Shown: positions 13,436-26,613 of the stretch, piece after piece
Numbering within the stretch: position 1 is the first letter of the stretch
Layout: every line of letters starts with the position of its first letter
From: Octopus vulgaris
Lineage: Eukaryota
DNA: 64,000 nt
Assembly: GCA_951406725.2 (NCBI GenBank)
Contig: OX597816.1
Location: forward strand, 15,562,001 to 15,626,000
Direction: 5' to 3'
Translations under genes and position numbers: made by a program
The notes under the pieces: model-generated
What the model was told of the DNA's origin: nothing
Seen by the model: the letters and a program-made list of their open reading frames with translations, nothing else
Database searches by the model: none

Positions 13436-13510
13436 TTGCCTCGATAACTGACGAGATGCCGGAGCAGGTTTCCACCCCGACATCCGAAACTTGGAGTATT
13501 ATTATGGCAA
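13436..13510 (+). ncRNA. Type I hammerhead ribozyme (minimal, Penelope-like element type)
   Basis: Helix I TTGCC-tc-GATAA / TTATT-at-GGCAA; core CTGACGA (13448-13454); helix II GATGCCGG/CCGACATC; GAAAC (13486-13490); short helix III around TTGGA; GUA cleavage triplet at 13496-13498. Confidence 0.75.
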
Positions 13511-13748
13511 CCGAATAATTGTCACATATGTTATATCATATTATATATATATTGTGTGTGTATGTAGTGATTTATTGGCTTTTAGAACTTTTCTAAAAGA
13601 ATTATTATTTACTCACCATGCTCAATGCGTTATTGAGATTTAAACGGGAAGCGATTGTGGTCAAGAGTAAAAGATATAAGTGAGAATCCATAAATTTCAG
13701 ATAGATTACACGAAGAAAACGTGTACATTTATCTTATCCGTCCGTCCG

Positions 13749-13801
<53 letters not shown>

Positions 13802-13872
13802 TGATAAACAGACATAGATAGATACATAAATAGACAGATAGATAGATGTGCAGAGAGGAAAATAGATAGATT

Positions 13873-13964
<92 letters not shown>

Positions 13965-14769
13965 TTTTTTTATTGGCCACATAGGGCTGAACACGGGACA
14001 AAATACAATGTAGAGCATTTCTTTTTGGGAAGGAAAGAAAAAAAAAAGAGGGGTTAGAGAATTCCGATCAAAGGGGATCGTGGAAAAGAAAAAGATAACT
14101 AGATGTATGGATAGTGTGTAAATAACAGATGAAGAGGAGAGAGAACAATACTAAATGCTTATAGACTTCAGTTTCTCGTTTACTGTGAGCTGAAGAAACT
14201 TGGAGTGAAAGTCAGATACTGTTCCGAATTTCAAAATCTTTACGCACATTCATAGCTGCATACATTGCTGCATGCACATTCTTCTCTGCACATAAAATGT
14301 ATTATGGAGATACATACACACACATATACACATACACAGGCCGTCTTACATTCATACGTACGTACGTACATACATATATAAATAAATAACAATCGATGTA
14401 TTTGAAGCTTCAATATAAAATAGTAGGCATTATTTTACAGTTAGTTTACGCAATCTGTATTCTGTTCGCCGTATTTCATAGCAACAGTTATTCTAAGCAG
14501 AAACATATACACACTCGCACATACATCATACACAGACTATACATACATATACACACCTTACACCATACACTAACAGCTTGCTATTCTATAACAAAATCCA
14601 AAATAATAAAATAACCAACAAAACAAATCGAAACTACGCATGTTGTACGCATGGAGTGTAATATCCTTCAAGTGTTTTGTGTTGGCTTTTATTGTTATGT
14701 CCGTTTTATGCTTTTATTTTATTTTAGATGTTTTGCCTGTTTTTTTTTTTTTTGTTCTTTGAAATGCGG

Positions 14770-15176
14770 GAGAGTGTGTGTGTGTGCGTGTGTGTGTTCG
14801 CATCTGTGTGCATACTTTCAAAGATGTATATAATATGTATATGCGTGTGTGTGTGTGTGTGTGTGTGTATTTATACACATACACACAGACACATACGTAT
14901 ATAGTGAGATGGGTACATACATGTTATGTCAAATATATATGCGCGTAGATGTGTATGAAATATGTATGTATGTGTGTGTGTATGTGTGTGTGTATGTATG
15001 TATGTATGTATGTGTGTATGTATGTGTATGTGTGTGTATGTATGTATGTATGTATGTATGTATGTATGTGTGTGTATGTATGTATGTGTGTGTATGTATG
15101 TATGTATGTGTGTGTATGTATGTATGTGTGTGTGTGTGTGTATGTGTGTGTGTGTATGTATGTGTGTATGTATGTA

Positions 15177-15211
<35 letters not shown>

Positions 15212-15417
15212 ATGTATGTGTGCGTGTATGTATGTATGTATGTAGTGTTCTTAATTTTGTTTTTCTCTTTTGCTTTCGGTTTCATAAGTTTCGCTACCGT
15301 CTCTCTCTCCTTCCCTCTCTCTCTCTCTCTCTCTCTTCTCTCACTGTTACATCGTTCTCTCTCTTTCCTCTGTCTGTCTGTCTCTCTTTCCTCTGACTGT
15401 CTCACTCTTTCTCACTT

Positions 15418-15451
<34 letters not shown>

Positions 15452-15505
15452 GTTCTCTTTCTTTCTGTCTGTCTCACACTTTCTCACTTTCTCTCTCTAT
15501 CTCAC
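14770..15505. repeat. Compound microsatellite (TG)n/(TATG)n/(CT)n
   Basis: Direct reading. Similar long compound tracts at 460-860, 6296-6378 (TATC), 11803-11915 (TACA), 13740-13963, 24645-25630, 37508-37930, 38390-38960, 46660-47050, 51248-51505, 51770-52078, 60735-61013, 62655-62928. Confidence 0.95.
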
Positions 15506-16312
15506 TGTACTGGGAATCTCCTATCGAAATTGGAATCTCTTTGTCGGACGAAACATGTGCTAGTTGTGATATATATACATATATACAACCTTAACACCAT
15601 TACCACAATCACCACCATCAACCACAGAGCATTTTTGTTGTCATTTCTTTCCTTTATTTCCCTGCTAACACGAAACATTTATTTCCCTGTTCTCTTGGCT
15701 CCACACACACACACACACACATAATCTTTCTTTCCAACTACATCTCTCTTTCTACTCCTCTCACTCTCTTCCTTTCTTTCTCTCTTCCTTTCTCTTTCTT
15801 TCTCATATTATTTTCCTTCGCAGTCTTTCTTTCCTCCCCCCTTTTCATACTTTCACCCCCTACGGTCTCAACTCTCCATCCCCGTTTATTTAACTCTCTC
15901 TCACAGCTAAACTCCCCTTTCTTTTTGTCTTTCTTTCTTTCTTTCTTTCCTAGAACACCCTCCTCTCTCTCTCTCCCTCTCTCTCTCTTTCCTTTAAAGG
16001 CTGTCTATTATTTATATACACAATAGTATATCTATCGATTATTTTGTACTTTGATTAATTCCTATGGCGAAGTTGACCGTAAAATCAACGAATTCCGGTT
16101 ATCAAATAAATAAAAATAAACATAAAAACAAAAAAAAGAAACACAACTCTATAGTGTGTCGTTATATTTTTAAATATATTTTCATATACTTCTTCTATCA
16201 CTTTATGAAACACACACACACACACGCATGCACATGTATGTATGTATGTACGTATGTATGTATGTATGTATGTATAGAGAGAGAAAGAGAAATACGCATG
16301 TATATGCACACT

Positions 16313-16344
<32 letters not shown>

Positions 16345-16398
16345 TACATTGACACATATGTGCACATACACACCAAACATGTCGATACATAGACATAC

Positions 16399-16437
<39 letters not shown>

Positions 16438-16639
16438 AACACATGCTTATCATTTTTATTAACCCACTTCTTATCTCTCTTCCTCTCTACCCTTCCCTCT
16501 CATATCATACCTTTTCAGACAAATTGGAGGTATTTAAACAAAGCAACCAACGACTTCACAGTTGCACACTGACACACACACACACACTCACACTCACACA
16601 CACACACACACACTCACACTCACACACAACACAAATATT

Positions 16640-17005
16640 AGTATTAGGTTCTCATTCATTACGTCAGTGCAATGTTTTTTTGCTTTTTTTTTTGTTTTTT
16701 GTTTAGTTCTTTTTTTTTTGTTGTTATTTTTCTAATTGTTAAATGAAACTCGATTTCCAATATTTCTATGTCACGGTGGTAGTAGTAGTGGTGGTGGAGG
16801 AGGCAGCGGCGGCGGTGGTGGTGGTGGTGGTGTCGGTGGTAGTGGTATCAGGTGAGAAGAATGCTTAAATACCTATTCATCAAATGATACCTGAGACAGC
16901 AAGCGATTCCTGCACTTCCCTCTTTTCTCGACTTGTTACTATTGTTACAGATAAACACACACACACTTACATACACTTACACACACTGCGCTTCCCTCTC
17001 TACCC

Positions 17006-17040
<35 letters not shown>

Positions 17041-17294
17041 TCCTCGGAATTGATGGAAAAGCTGTGTCGAATTATCAACTCATTCATTCATTAGTAAGCT
17101 CCGTGTAGTAGACGTTTTGGCTGTTGTTATCATTGTTATTCTTTATTACTTCCATTGTAAGTAAAAAAAAAAGATCGGTTTGGTTGAGTCTGTGACATTC
17201 TCTCACACGCGAAGTCTAATTTGTATTCCGGCAAAAAAAAATATAGATAAATAAAACGAAAGAAAAGAAGAAAACTATAATAAAAAGAAAGAAA
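16640..17294 (+). promoter_or_regulatory. Putative promoter/5'UTR region upstream of the candidate exon
   Basis: CpG-retaining unique sequence with no SINE insertions; TTACGTCA CRE-like site at ~16659; (CT)n, (CA)n and (GGT)n tracts; donor-like motifs CAG|GTGAGA (~16851) and ATT|GTAAGT (~17157) that could end UTR exons. Confidence 0.4.
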
Positions 17295-17338
17295 ATGGTG
17301 GCGGACGTGTGGGAGGACGTCGTTCGTTTTTGTGAGGC
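17295..17338 (+). CDS. Candidate first coding exon of an unidentified gene (MVADVWEDVVRFCE+GC), followed by a very long intron
   Basis: AAAATGG start context with A at -3 and G at +4; GC/CpG-rich non-repetitive codons within AT-rich DNA; consensus donor GTAAGT at 17339-17344 (phase 2); lies at the CpG-rich/CpG-poor boundary. Protein not recognised; no downstream exon confidently found. Confidence 0.6.
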
Positions 17339-17425
17339 GTAAGTGTAGTTTAAAGTAAAAGTTTGGTGCAGGAAATTAATAAACGATATTATTATTAGGA
17401 AATTCATTCCAATTTTCCGATAATA

Positions 17426-17456
<31 letters not shown>

Positions 17457-18049
17457 TAGTAGTAGTACATGGAACAAATGGAGGCTGCCATGAGGGTGGA
17501 GCACTTTCCCTAGCAGAAAGCAGCACTGCTTGGAACTGCTCGAATACTCTGGATGGTTGCTCGAAAAATAAGGGGTGTTACCTTAGTTTACTGTTAAAGA
17601 ACAGCTGACACTGTAGTACATCTCCAGTGTTAGAAGCTGTGCAGAGGCAATATAATAATAATAATGATAATAATAATTTCTGCTATAGGCACAAGGCTTG
17701 AAATTTGGTGAAGGAGATAAGTCGATTTCATCGACCCCAGTGTTACACTGGTACTTAATTTATCGATCCTTGGCGTTAGGAAGGGCATCCAGCTGTAGAA
17801 ACACTGCCAGATCTGACTGGACTGGTGCAGCTTTCGGGCTCCCCAGACCCCAGTTGAACCGTCCAACCCATGCTAGCATGGAAAGCGGACGTTAAATGAT
17901 GATGATGATGAAAAGGATGAAAGGCAAAGCCAGCCTTTGCGGAATTTGAACTCAGAATATAGCTACAAATGAAATACCACTAAGCATTTCTCTTGGTGCG
18001 TTAATGATTCTGCCATCTTGCTGTCTTTTTTTTTTAAGTCGTCCCTGGC

Positions 18050-18089
<40 letters not shown>

Positions 18090-18668
18090 TGCTTCTGGTT
18101 TAGGCTCAATACCAGCAGTTTTGAAAGAAAAGGATCAGTGAACATCATCCATTCCAGTATTTGTCTGGTACTTAGTTTTATCAAACGCCGGAGGAATGGA
18201 AAGCAAAGTTGGTTCCCAGCATGGTTAATAATAATTCTTCCTACAACAGGCACAAGACCTGAAATTTTGTGGAAGAGCACTAATGTAATTGATTTCCATA
18301 CTCAACTGGTATCTATTTTATCAACCCCAAATAGATGAAGGCAAAGTCAACCTTAGCTGAATTTGAACTCAGAACATAAAGACGATTGAAATACCATTAA
18401 GCTATTTGTTTCAGTGTGCTAACAATTCTGCCTATATGCAATATTATTATTATTATTATTAATGAAGGTGGCAGAATCATTAGCATGCCACCGGGCGAAA
18501 TCCTTAGCAGTATTTTTGTCTGTCTTTATATTCTGAGTTCAAATTCTGCCAAGGTTGACTTTGCCTCTAAGAGTCGATAAATTAAGTACCAGTTGCGCAC
18601 TGAGGTCGATCTAATTGACTGGTCCCCTCCCACCAAATTTCAAGCATTGTGTGCCTATAGTAGAAAGG

Positions 18669-19062
18669 GCCAGCCTCGTCTGGCACCTGTGTCGGTGGCA
18701 CATAAAAAACACCATCCGAGCGTGGTCGTCTGCTAGCCTTGTCTGGCACCTGTGTCGGTGGCACATAAAAACACCATCCGAGCGTGGCCGTTCGCCAGCC
18801 TCGTCTGGCACCTGTGTCGGTGGCACATAAAAAACACCATCCGAGCGTGGCCGTTCGCCAGCCTCATCTGGCACCTGTGTCGGTGGCACATAAAATCACC
18901 CACTACACTCTCGGAGTGGTTGGCGTTAGGAAGGGCATCCAGCTGTAGAAACACTGCCAGATCTGACTGGCCTGGTGCAGCCTTCGGGCTCCCCAGACAC
19001 CAGTTGAACCGTCCAACCCATGCTAGCATGGAAAGCGGACGTTAAATGATGATGATGATGAT
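18669..19062 (+). mobile_element. SINE-like family D with an internal 62-63-bp minisatellite and a (GAT)n tail
   Basis: ~3.6 tandem units, then CCCACTACACTCTCGGAGTGGTTGGCGTTAGGAAGGGCATCCAGCTGTAGAAAC...CCAACCCATGCTAGCATGGAAAGCGGACGTTAAATGATGATG. Other copies at 17770-17910, 19390-19773, 22637-22885(-), 23310-23527(-), 27597-27775, 30705-30990(-), 44395-44670(-), 45882-46320(-), 48305-48555(-). Confidence 0.8.
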
Positions 19063-21284
19063 TATTAATGGTTAAAATCAGGTGAAGAAAAAGTAAAACT
19101 GAGATACAAACTATATGTAGTAAATAAACACCCGAATGATATAAGAGGGCCTTTAACTAGGTCAAGTACTACCCTGACCAACAAGAGCAAATACCCTCTA
19201 TCAACTGTTTCCCCAGCCTGCAAACACTCTTGCCATTTGTACGACATTCACACACCTTTTGACAAATTCATTAGAGGAGAACACTTCTGTCTCAACCTTC
19301 ATCATCTTCTCCCAAGAGAGCCTGACCACAGAAATAAGTGTCTGTCTGTGCTCCTTTCATCCTCATCCACCGCATAACCACTTTCACTTTAGGTGCTGGT
19401 GGCACGTAAAAAGTACCATTCAAGCATGATCGTTACCAGCATCACCTTACTGGCACTTGTGCCGGTGACACATGAAAGAACATTCAAGCGAGGTCATTGC
19501 TAGCGCTGCCAGACTGGCTCCTGTGCAGGTGGCATGTAAAAAATTACCATTTGAGTGTGGCTGTTGCCAGTACTGCCTGACTGGCCCTTGTGCCGGTGGC
19601 ATGTAAAAGCACCCACTACACTCTCGGAGTGGTTGGCATGAGGAAGGGCATCCAGCTGTAGAAACTCTGCCAGATCAAGATTGGAGCCTGGTGCAGCCAT
19701 CTGGTTCGCCTGTCCTAAGTCAAATCGTCCAACCCATGCCAGCATGGAAAGCAGACATTAAATGATGATGATGACTTTAGCCATCAGACAGAGTAAAATA
19801 GGCAGCTTTGCCTGGTTAAGTAGAACAGTGATGATTTCCTCCAGTGAACTCTGACAATGGCTGGTTCGGTCATCCATGCACAACAACAGCTGTTTGATTC
19901 CTGACTTTTGGAGTTAAACCAGTTCAGAGAACACTGAGCAGATGTGTACTGAACAGTTTTTTCACTCTGCACATATCACTGACAGGACTTTCAAGCTTAC
20001 AATAGAACTCATTTCAAACCCTTTAGTAGCATCGAAGGATTTCTCAATATTATCCATACTTAAGGCAGTGAGCTGTTAAAAACATTAGCATGCCGAGTGA
20101 AATACTTAGTAGTATTTCGTCTATACATTCTGAGTTCAAATTCCACCTAGGTCAACTTTGAGTTGCGTACTGGGGTCAATGTAATCGACTTAATCTGTTT
20201 ATCTGTCCTTGTTTGTCACCCCTATGTTTAGCCCCTTGTGGGTAATAAAGAAATAGGTATTTCGTCTGCTGTTATGTTCTGAGTTCAAATTCTGCTGAGG
20301 TCGACTTGGCCTTTCATCCTTTCGGGGTCGATAAATTAAGTACCAGTTACGCACTGGAGTCAATATAATCAACTTAATCCATTTGTCTGTCCCCTATGTG
20401 GGCAGTAAAAAAATAAGAAACATTAGCATACCAAGTGAAATACTTAGTAGTATTTCATCTTTACGTTCTGCGTTCAAATTCCACCTAGGTCAACTTTGCC
20501 TTTCATCCTTTTGGGCTTGATAAATTAAGTATGAGTTGCATACTGGGGACAATCTAATTAACTGGCCCCTTCCCCCAAAATTTCAGGCCTTGTGCCTAGA
20601 GTAGAAAAGAATATTATCTATACTTGTCTCCCACCTGAAAGTCCTTAGGAGCAGACACCACCCAGTTTGTCCTTGTCAACATCCAGAGTTTCCTCAGTAA
20701 TTTTGTAATTCTTTCTCAACTCTAGTCTTCTATATATTATTTATGTGGAACTGCTCCATCTGATGATAGAGGGATGATGTGCACCTGATAACATCAAATA
20801 ATGATTTCGTTCAATGCCACAAGGACAAAGGGTGACGGACATTATAAAGACAATATTGAGGGTTTTGATTTAGTATGGCAAACATGAAATACATAATAAA
20901 AACATACAATGAAACTATTAACACATGAAGACACAATAAAACTATTTGTCAGGAAATGGCCTGTTGTCTCTATTAGATCTCTTGGTAATGTTTTATCTCC
21001 TGTCTGCCTTTCCCTATTTTGTTTTATGTAGATTTTCCCACATCTAATAAGCAAATATAAAGTGTTTTCCTAAATGGTGGTTGGTATAGCTAAAATATGT
21101 GCTGCTTGGGGTAGCCCTAGACCTTGCCATCCAACTCCCCAGCCCCCAGGGCCTATACAAACATATACAGAAGACCCAAAAGTTCAACATCCATAAAAGC
21201 ATTGTCCAGATCAGACCATCCTCCTCACCTCCCCCTCACCCCAGCAATGATGCTGTCCCCAGGTTTATAAAATGGTCTCAATAC

Positions 21285-21440
21285 AAGGGGATAAGCACCT
21301 TAGAATAATCAAAGAACTCCTTAGAAATTCTGACTACTCTGACTAACCAAAGCCCACAAGCCAAAGGGATAAGCACCTTAGAATGATCAAAGAATTCCTT
21401 AGAAATTCTGACTACTCTGACTAAGCAAAACCCACAACCT
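21285..21440. repeat. ~78-bp tandem duplication
   Basis: GGGATAAGCACCTTAGAAT.ATCAAAGAA.TCCTTAGAAATTCTGACTACTCTGACTAA.CAAA.CCCACAA present twice. Confidence 0.85.
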
Positions 21441-24400
21441 ATGGGGCTCATTTTCAGAGAAGGCCCCTTCATTCAGGTGATACTTGTAACTGTTTCCCTA
21501 CTTTAACCAACTTTACATGAGGACAGCATTTCCTTCCCTTTCTTCTTTCATATTCCCATTACAAATAATACTTGAAAAACAAAATGATGAAGGGCTTTAC
21601 TAAAGAGGAATAAACTGTTCTCAGTCCCCTCTGTTATCCATTGTACTAGAGATTTTTTTTCCTTTTGTTAAACCAAAGCCACCAGACTTCAAACATTGTC
21701 ATATGACAAAAGAAATTTGATCGATACACCAGTACTTGATTGGTACATGTTTTGTTAACTCTGCAAAGGATCAAAGACAAAGTCAACTCCTTTTGGGGAT
21801 TTGAAACCAATGATTTCTAAAATTGGAACAAAACCAAAATTTCTGGCTGAGAGCTCATAGTTGATTAAATCAATGCTTTTAGTTATTGACTTATTTATTT
21901 TATCGACCTCAGAAGGATGACAAACAAAGACGACCCCCACCCCAGTCCTCTCCAACAAGATTTGAAGTGTAAATGGAGATGGATAAATAGCAGTAATGTT
22001 ATTGACTATATTCTGTTAAATTATAATTTCATTATATATATTTTTTGATTCTGGCTTCCATTTTACTTTTATGTGAAATCTATAATATTCCAATCTCATA
22101 ACTTTACTTTGGTTTCCAGACCAAGTCCATACTACAGTCACCTGATACCATAAGCTCATCCTCAGCAATGGTTTCCTTATCAACACTTTCCATTAACTTT
22201 CAGGACATTAAAGACATATTAAAGCTGATGGGAAAACAATAGATTACAAATGATATAGGAGGACCTCACAGATCCCTGATTGATTACCCTGGCTAACAAA
22301 AGCAAGTGCCCTCTCCTAACTGTTTCTCCAACCCGCAGACACCTGCTTAAAATAGTTTCATCCTCTCTTGTAATTTTCTGACAGTTTTCTTTCAGCCTTC
22401 TGACAATTTTCTGTCAGGCCAAACTCCGAAATATAACTGAAAAAATTTTTTTTATTCATGTGACCCTTTTGTTACCTGATTTCTGCTGAAATACACTGCC
22501 TTTGTTTCAATTAATTTTTAAGATAACGAAGAGTTTTTTTTATTGCACTTTAAAAGCAGGAAGTTTGTATCATATACCCAGAGGCAGTCCTGGACAGGCT
22601 GTTGTCAAAATAGTAATTCTCAATAGCTGTAAACAATCATCATTATTTAACATCCACTTTCCATACTGGCATGGGTTGGACGATTTGACTGAGGACTGGC
22701 GAACCAGATGGTTGCACCAGGCTCCAATCTGATCTAGCAGAGTTTCTACAGTTGGATTCCCTTCCTAATGCCAACCACTCCGAGAGTGTAGTGGGTGCTT
22801 TTACATGCCACTGGCATGAGGGCCAGTCAGGTGTTACTGGCAACAACTACGCTCGAAATGGTGTTTTTTACATGCCACCTGCACATAAAAAAAAAGAGAA
22901 TTATTGACTTATAATGAAGACATCAGGAGACAAATATATTTTCTCAATATTTTCTGTGGGGCTCAGTTTAGCTACACTATGCTACACTATGTGCACCTTT
23001 GTAAATCCTGCATTGGAAAATATCTTTGGTGTCCACTTTGTGCTAACGTGCTTATTTTGTGTAACCCTGCTCCAGATAATGACATAGTATGCTAAAGGAA
23101 CGGAAAGAAACACCTGGCAAAGCTTCAGCAAGATAACTAAACTAGTTTATGAAGAGGATGTAAAGTTGATTACAGCTTTATAGTTCAGGATATGTCTTTT
23201 GTACATATCCTATTGACCTTATATAAAGATTTTGCAACCCATAGCAGGACAAAACTGAAAATTGCTAGAATAACTAGTCAGTTGCCTTCTCATCTCTGTT
23301 AGTCATAATCATTATCATCATCATTGTTTAACATCTGCTTTCCATGCTAGCATGGGTTGGACAATTTTGACTGAGGGCTGGCAAACCAGATGGCTGCACC
23401 AGGCTCCAATCTTGATCTGGCAGAGCTTCTACAGCTGGATGCCCTTACTAACGCCAACCACTCCGAGAGTGTAGTGGGTGCTTTTTATGTGCCACTGGCA
23501 CAGGGGCCAGTCAGGCGGTACTGGCAATAATAATGATGATAATTTCTTTATTTGCCACAAAGGCACCATCAGTATCATCATCACCATTGTCATCAACCCC
23601 ATTATCATCATCATCGTCATCATCCTCATCAGCATCTCTACAATCCTCTCACACCGCTGGGGAGGGCCTGAAAGTGCTATGGATATTTTGGACATAACCC
23701 TGTGTTCTCAGAATAAAAGAAGTAAGGAAATACTACCATCACCATCATCATCATCATTTTCACTGTCATCCTATCTTCCTTCACTATTTTCATCACCATC
23801 ATCCAATCACCCATCTTCCTCACCATTATCTTATTAGTAGTAATAGTAATTATGATGTCGGTGATGGTTATGGGTGACATTAATAGCAACGGCGGTAGTG
23901 GTGATGGTACTAGCTGTGGTAGTGGTACAAATGGTAGTAGTAGTAGTAGTAATAGTAGTGGTGGTGGTGGTGGTAGTAGTCGTAACAACAACTAATTAAA
24001 ATGGAATTTGTGTTTGGCGAGAGGAAGGGGAATGAATATGCTTGCATTAACCATTCGCATTTAGATGGAAGAACCACTGATGGAAAACTAAATTATTTGA
24101 TTTCCTGATTGATTGTACGAAAATGGGCCGCGATGGAAAGTGGTGATGGTGGTGGTGGGGGAAAGGGGTGGGTGGCAGGGTGAGGAGTGATGCTGCTTCA
24201 AGATGGTAAGGAAGCAGGTGGAGGAGAAGAAAGAAAAAGAAGTGCTGATGGCAAAGAAGGAGACGAAGGAGGAGTGGTGTCGGCGCTTCTGATGATTAAT
24301 TCGTAAATTCTTACCAAGAATGGTTTTTGTTTTTTCTCTTGGTATATTTTTTTAATTTAATTTAATTTTTTCTTTTTTTCCTTTTTTTTTTTTTTTTTGC

Positions 24401-24450
24401 TTTTTCTATCTGTCTCTTTTGGGTTTTGGCCGTTGTTATTGTTGTGGTGG

Positions 24451-24482
<32 letters not shown>

Positions 24483-25156
24483 AATGTTGTGGTTTGGACA
24501 TCATAAATAAAAATAATTCAAAATGAATAAATAAATAGAAATAAAAAAAGGAACGGACGAGCATGTTGATATCGACAACGTTCGATCGACTTCGTCGCAC
24601 CCACCCCCCCTAACAGCTATCACCACACAGAGAGAGGGATAGACAGTGTGTGCGTATGTGTGTGTATGCATACACACATATGCATATGAATGTATGTGTA
24701 TGTCCATATGTGTGTATGTGTACATATGTATATGCAGATATGAGTGTATATGTACATGTGTATACGCATATATATGTGTAAATGCAGATATGTATATACA
24801 TATGTATAGGCAGATGTGTATGTATGTGTATGCACATGTCTGTATGTACATATATGTGTCGTTTATGTGTACACCCACCAGAAAAATTGCCATAATAAAT
24901 ATGAATATGTATGTATAGGTATATGAATGTAGCTAAGTGTATGTATGTGTGTATACATACACATATGTATGTGTCTCTGTGAATTATATACGCGTGTGTG
25001 TGTGTGTATGTGTGAATATATACACATGTACATATCTGTATGTGTATATACATATATGCATGTCTATGTAACTATATATGTGTGTATATATGTGCAATAC
25101 CATAACTGGCATAACAAATGTATGCGTGTACATATTTATAAATATATATACATATA

Positions 25157-25219
<63 letters not shown>

Positions 25220-25267
25220 GTACATATATATATATATATATATACATATATATATGTATGTATGTAC

Positions 25268-25299
<32 letters not shown>

Positions 25300-25877
25300 A
25301 TATGTACATGCATATATTTGTTATGCCAGTTTTATATGAATATAGATAAGTGTGTGTCTGTATATGTAGACAGATATGTATGTATGTTTATATGTTTGTA
25401 TATGCATACACATATGTATATGTGCGTGTGTGAAGCATGTTCATACATGTATGTATATGTACACACATACACACACATAGCCACCACAACTGCCTTAACA
25501 AACATGCACATGAATTTATACTTACATAGATGTATGAATGTTTGTATTTATATAGATACACTTATGTATGCACGAACACACACACAAACCTCATTTTATT
25601 GAAACACATAAAGCACCACATACATACACATTTATATAAGTATATAATTCTTTTACTCGTTGCAATCATTGAACTGTAACCATAGTGGAGCACCGCCCTC
25701 GAGAGCTTAGTCAATCATATTGGCCTCTCTGTTTTATTTCAGTCTGATATTCAATTTAGCTAATTTTATTTCATCAAACTTGTAAGTTACAGAGTATAAA
25801 ATGATACGTCAATAACACTGGTTTTTTAGACTGGTGCAGACAAAAATCATGGCCACTGACATGCAGATACATACATA

Positions 25878-26100
25878 CAAGGTCTAATCAAAAAGTATTA
25901 GAACTACAGGACTAGCACTACAAAAAGAAAACTACAACACTTATCAATTTGACATTTAATTTCCTTCAAGATCATTCCCTTCTGAAGACATAAACTTTAT
26001 CCAGCATTGTTTCCATTGATGGAAGCATTCCTGGAACTTCCTTTTTGGGGATAGCCTTGTCACATTCTCTTGGATTTTCTTGATGTCTTGTTCCTTTCAG
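25878..26100 (-). mobile_element. Mariner transposon 3' remnant
   Basis: Minus strand encodes FQECFHQWKQCWIKFMSSEGNDLEGN* (mariner C-terminal F..W..RW.KC...G.YFE pattern); TIR-like TACAAGGTCTAATCAAAAAGT. Confidence 0.7.
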
Positions 26101-26576
26101 ACAATATAGGCTCAAGTATTCCTTTCTGCAGCTTAATTGTGCTTCCTTGACTGCTGCCTATGTGTATATAGGTATGTTTGCGTGTGTGTTTGTGTGTGTA
26201 AAATCATATCTTCTTGACATTGTACAAGAGTATCCTCTGTTTCCAGTTTTCCATGAAAACATGTCCTACTATGGGGAAATGTTATCTTCTTTGGAAACGG
26301 GTAGGGGTTGGCTGCAGGAAGTGTTTCCAGCTGTAAAAAATTTGCCTCAGTAAATTCTGATCAGCTAATGCAAGCATGAAAAAGTAGGTACTAAAACGAT
26401 GATAGTGATATTGATGACAACAACCATGCCTACCAATCTAAAGACTTATTGCTTATTATGAAAAAAGGAATAAAGAACAGAATCACACACACCAAAATTG
26501 ACATGTCTGGGACACTGATAATATAAATGGGCAACAAAAATCAATTTGAATTTTTACAAATTTTATTCATTGTTTT

Positions 26577-26613
<37 letters not shown>

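Noticed and set aside
18669-18893. Regularly spaced repeats resembling a CRISPR array (also 36615-36872)
   Set aside because: Units are contiguous tandem copies with no unique spacers, there are no cas genes, and the context is eukaryotic SINE DNA.
23478-23991. Poly-I/S/L/P ORFs, likewise 61279-61934
   Set aside because: Trinucleotide repeats (CAT, GGT, AGT, GCT, GTT) without splice or codon support.
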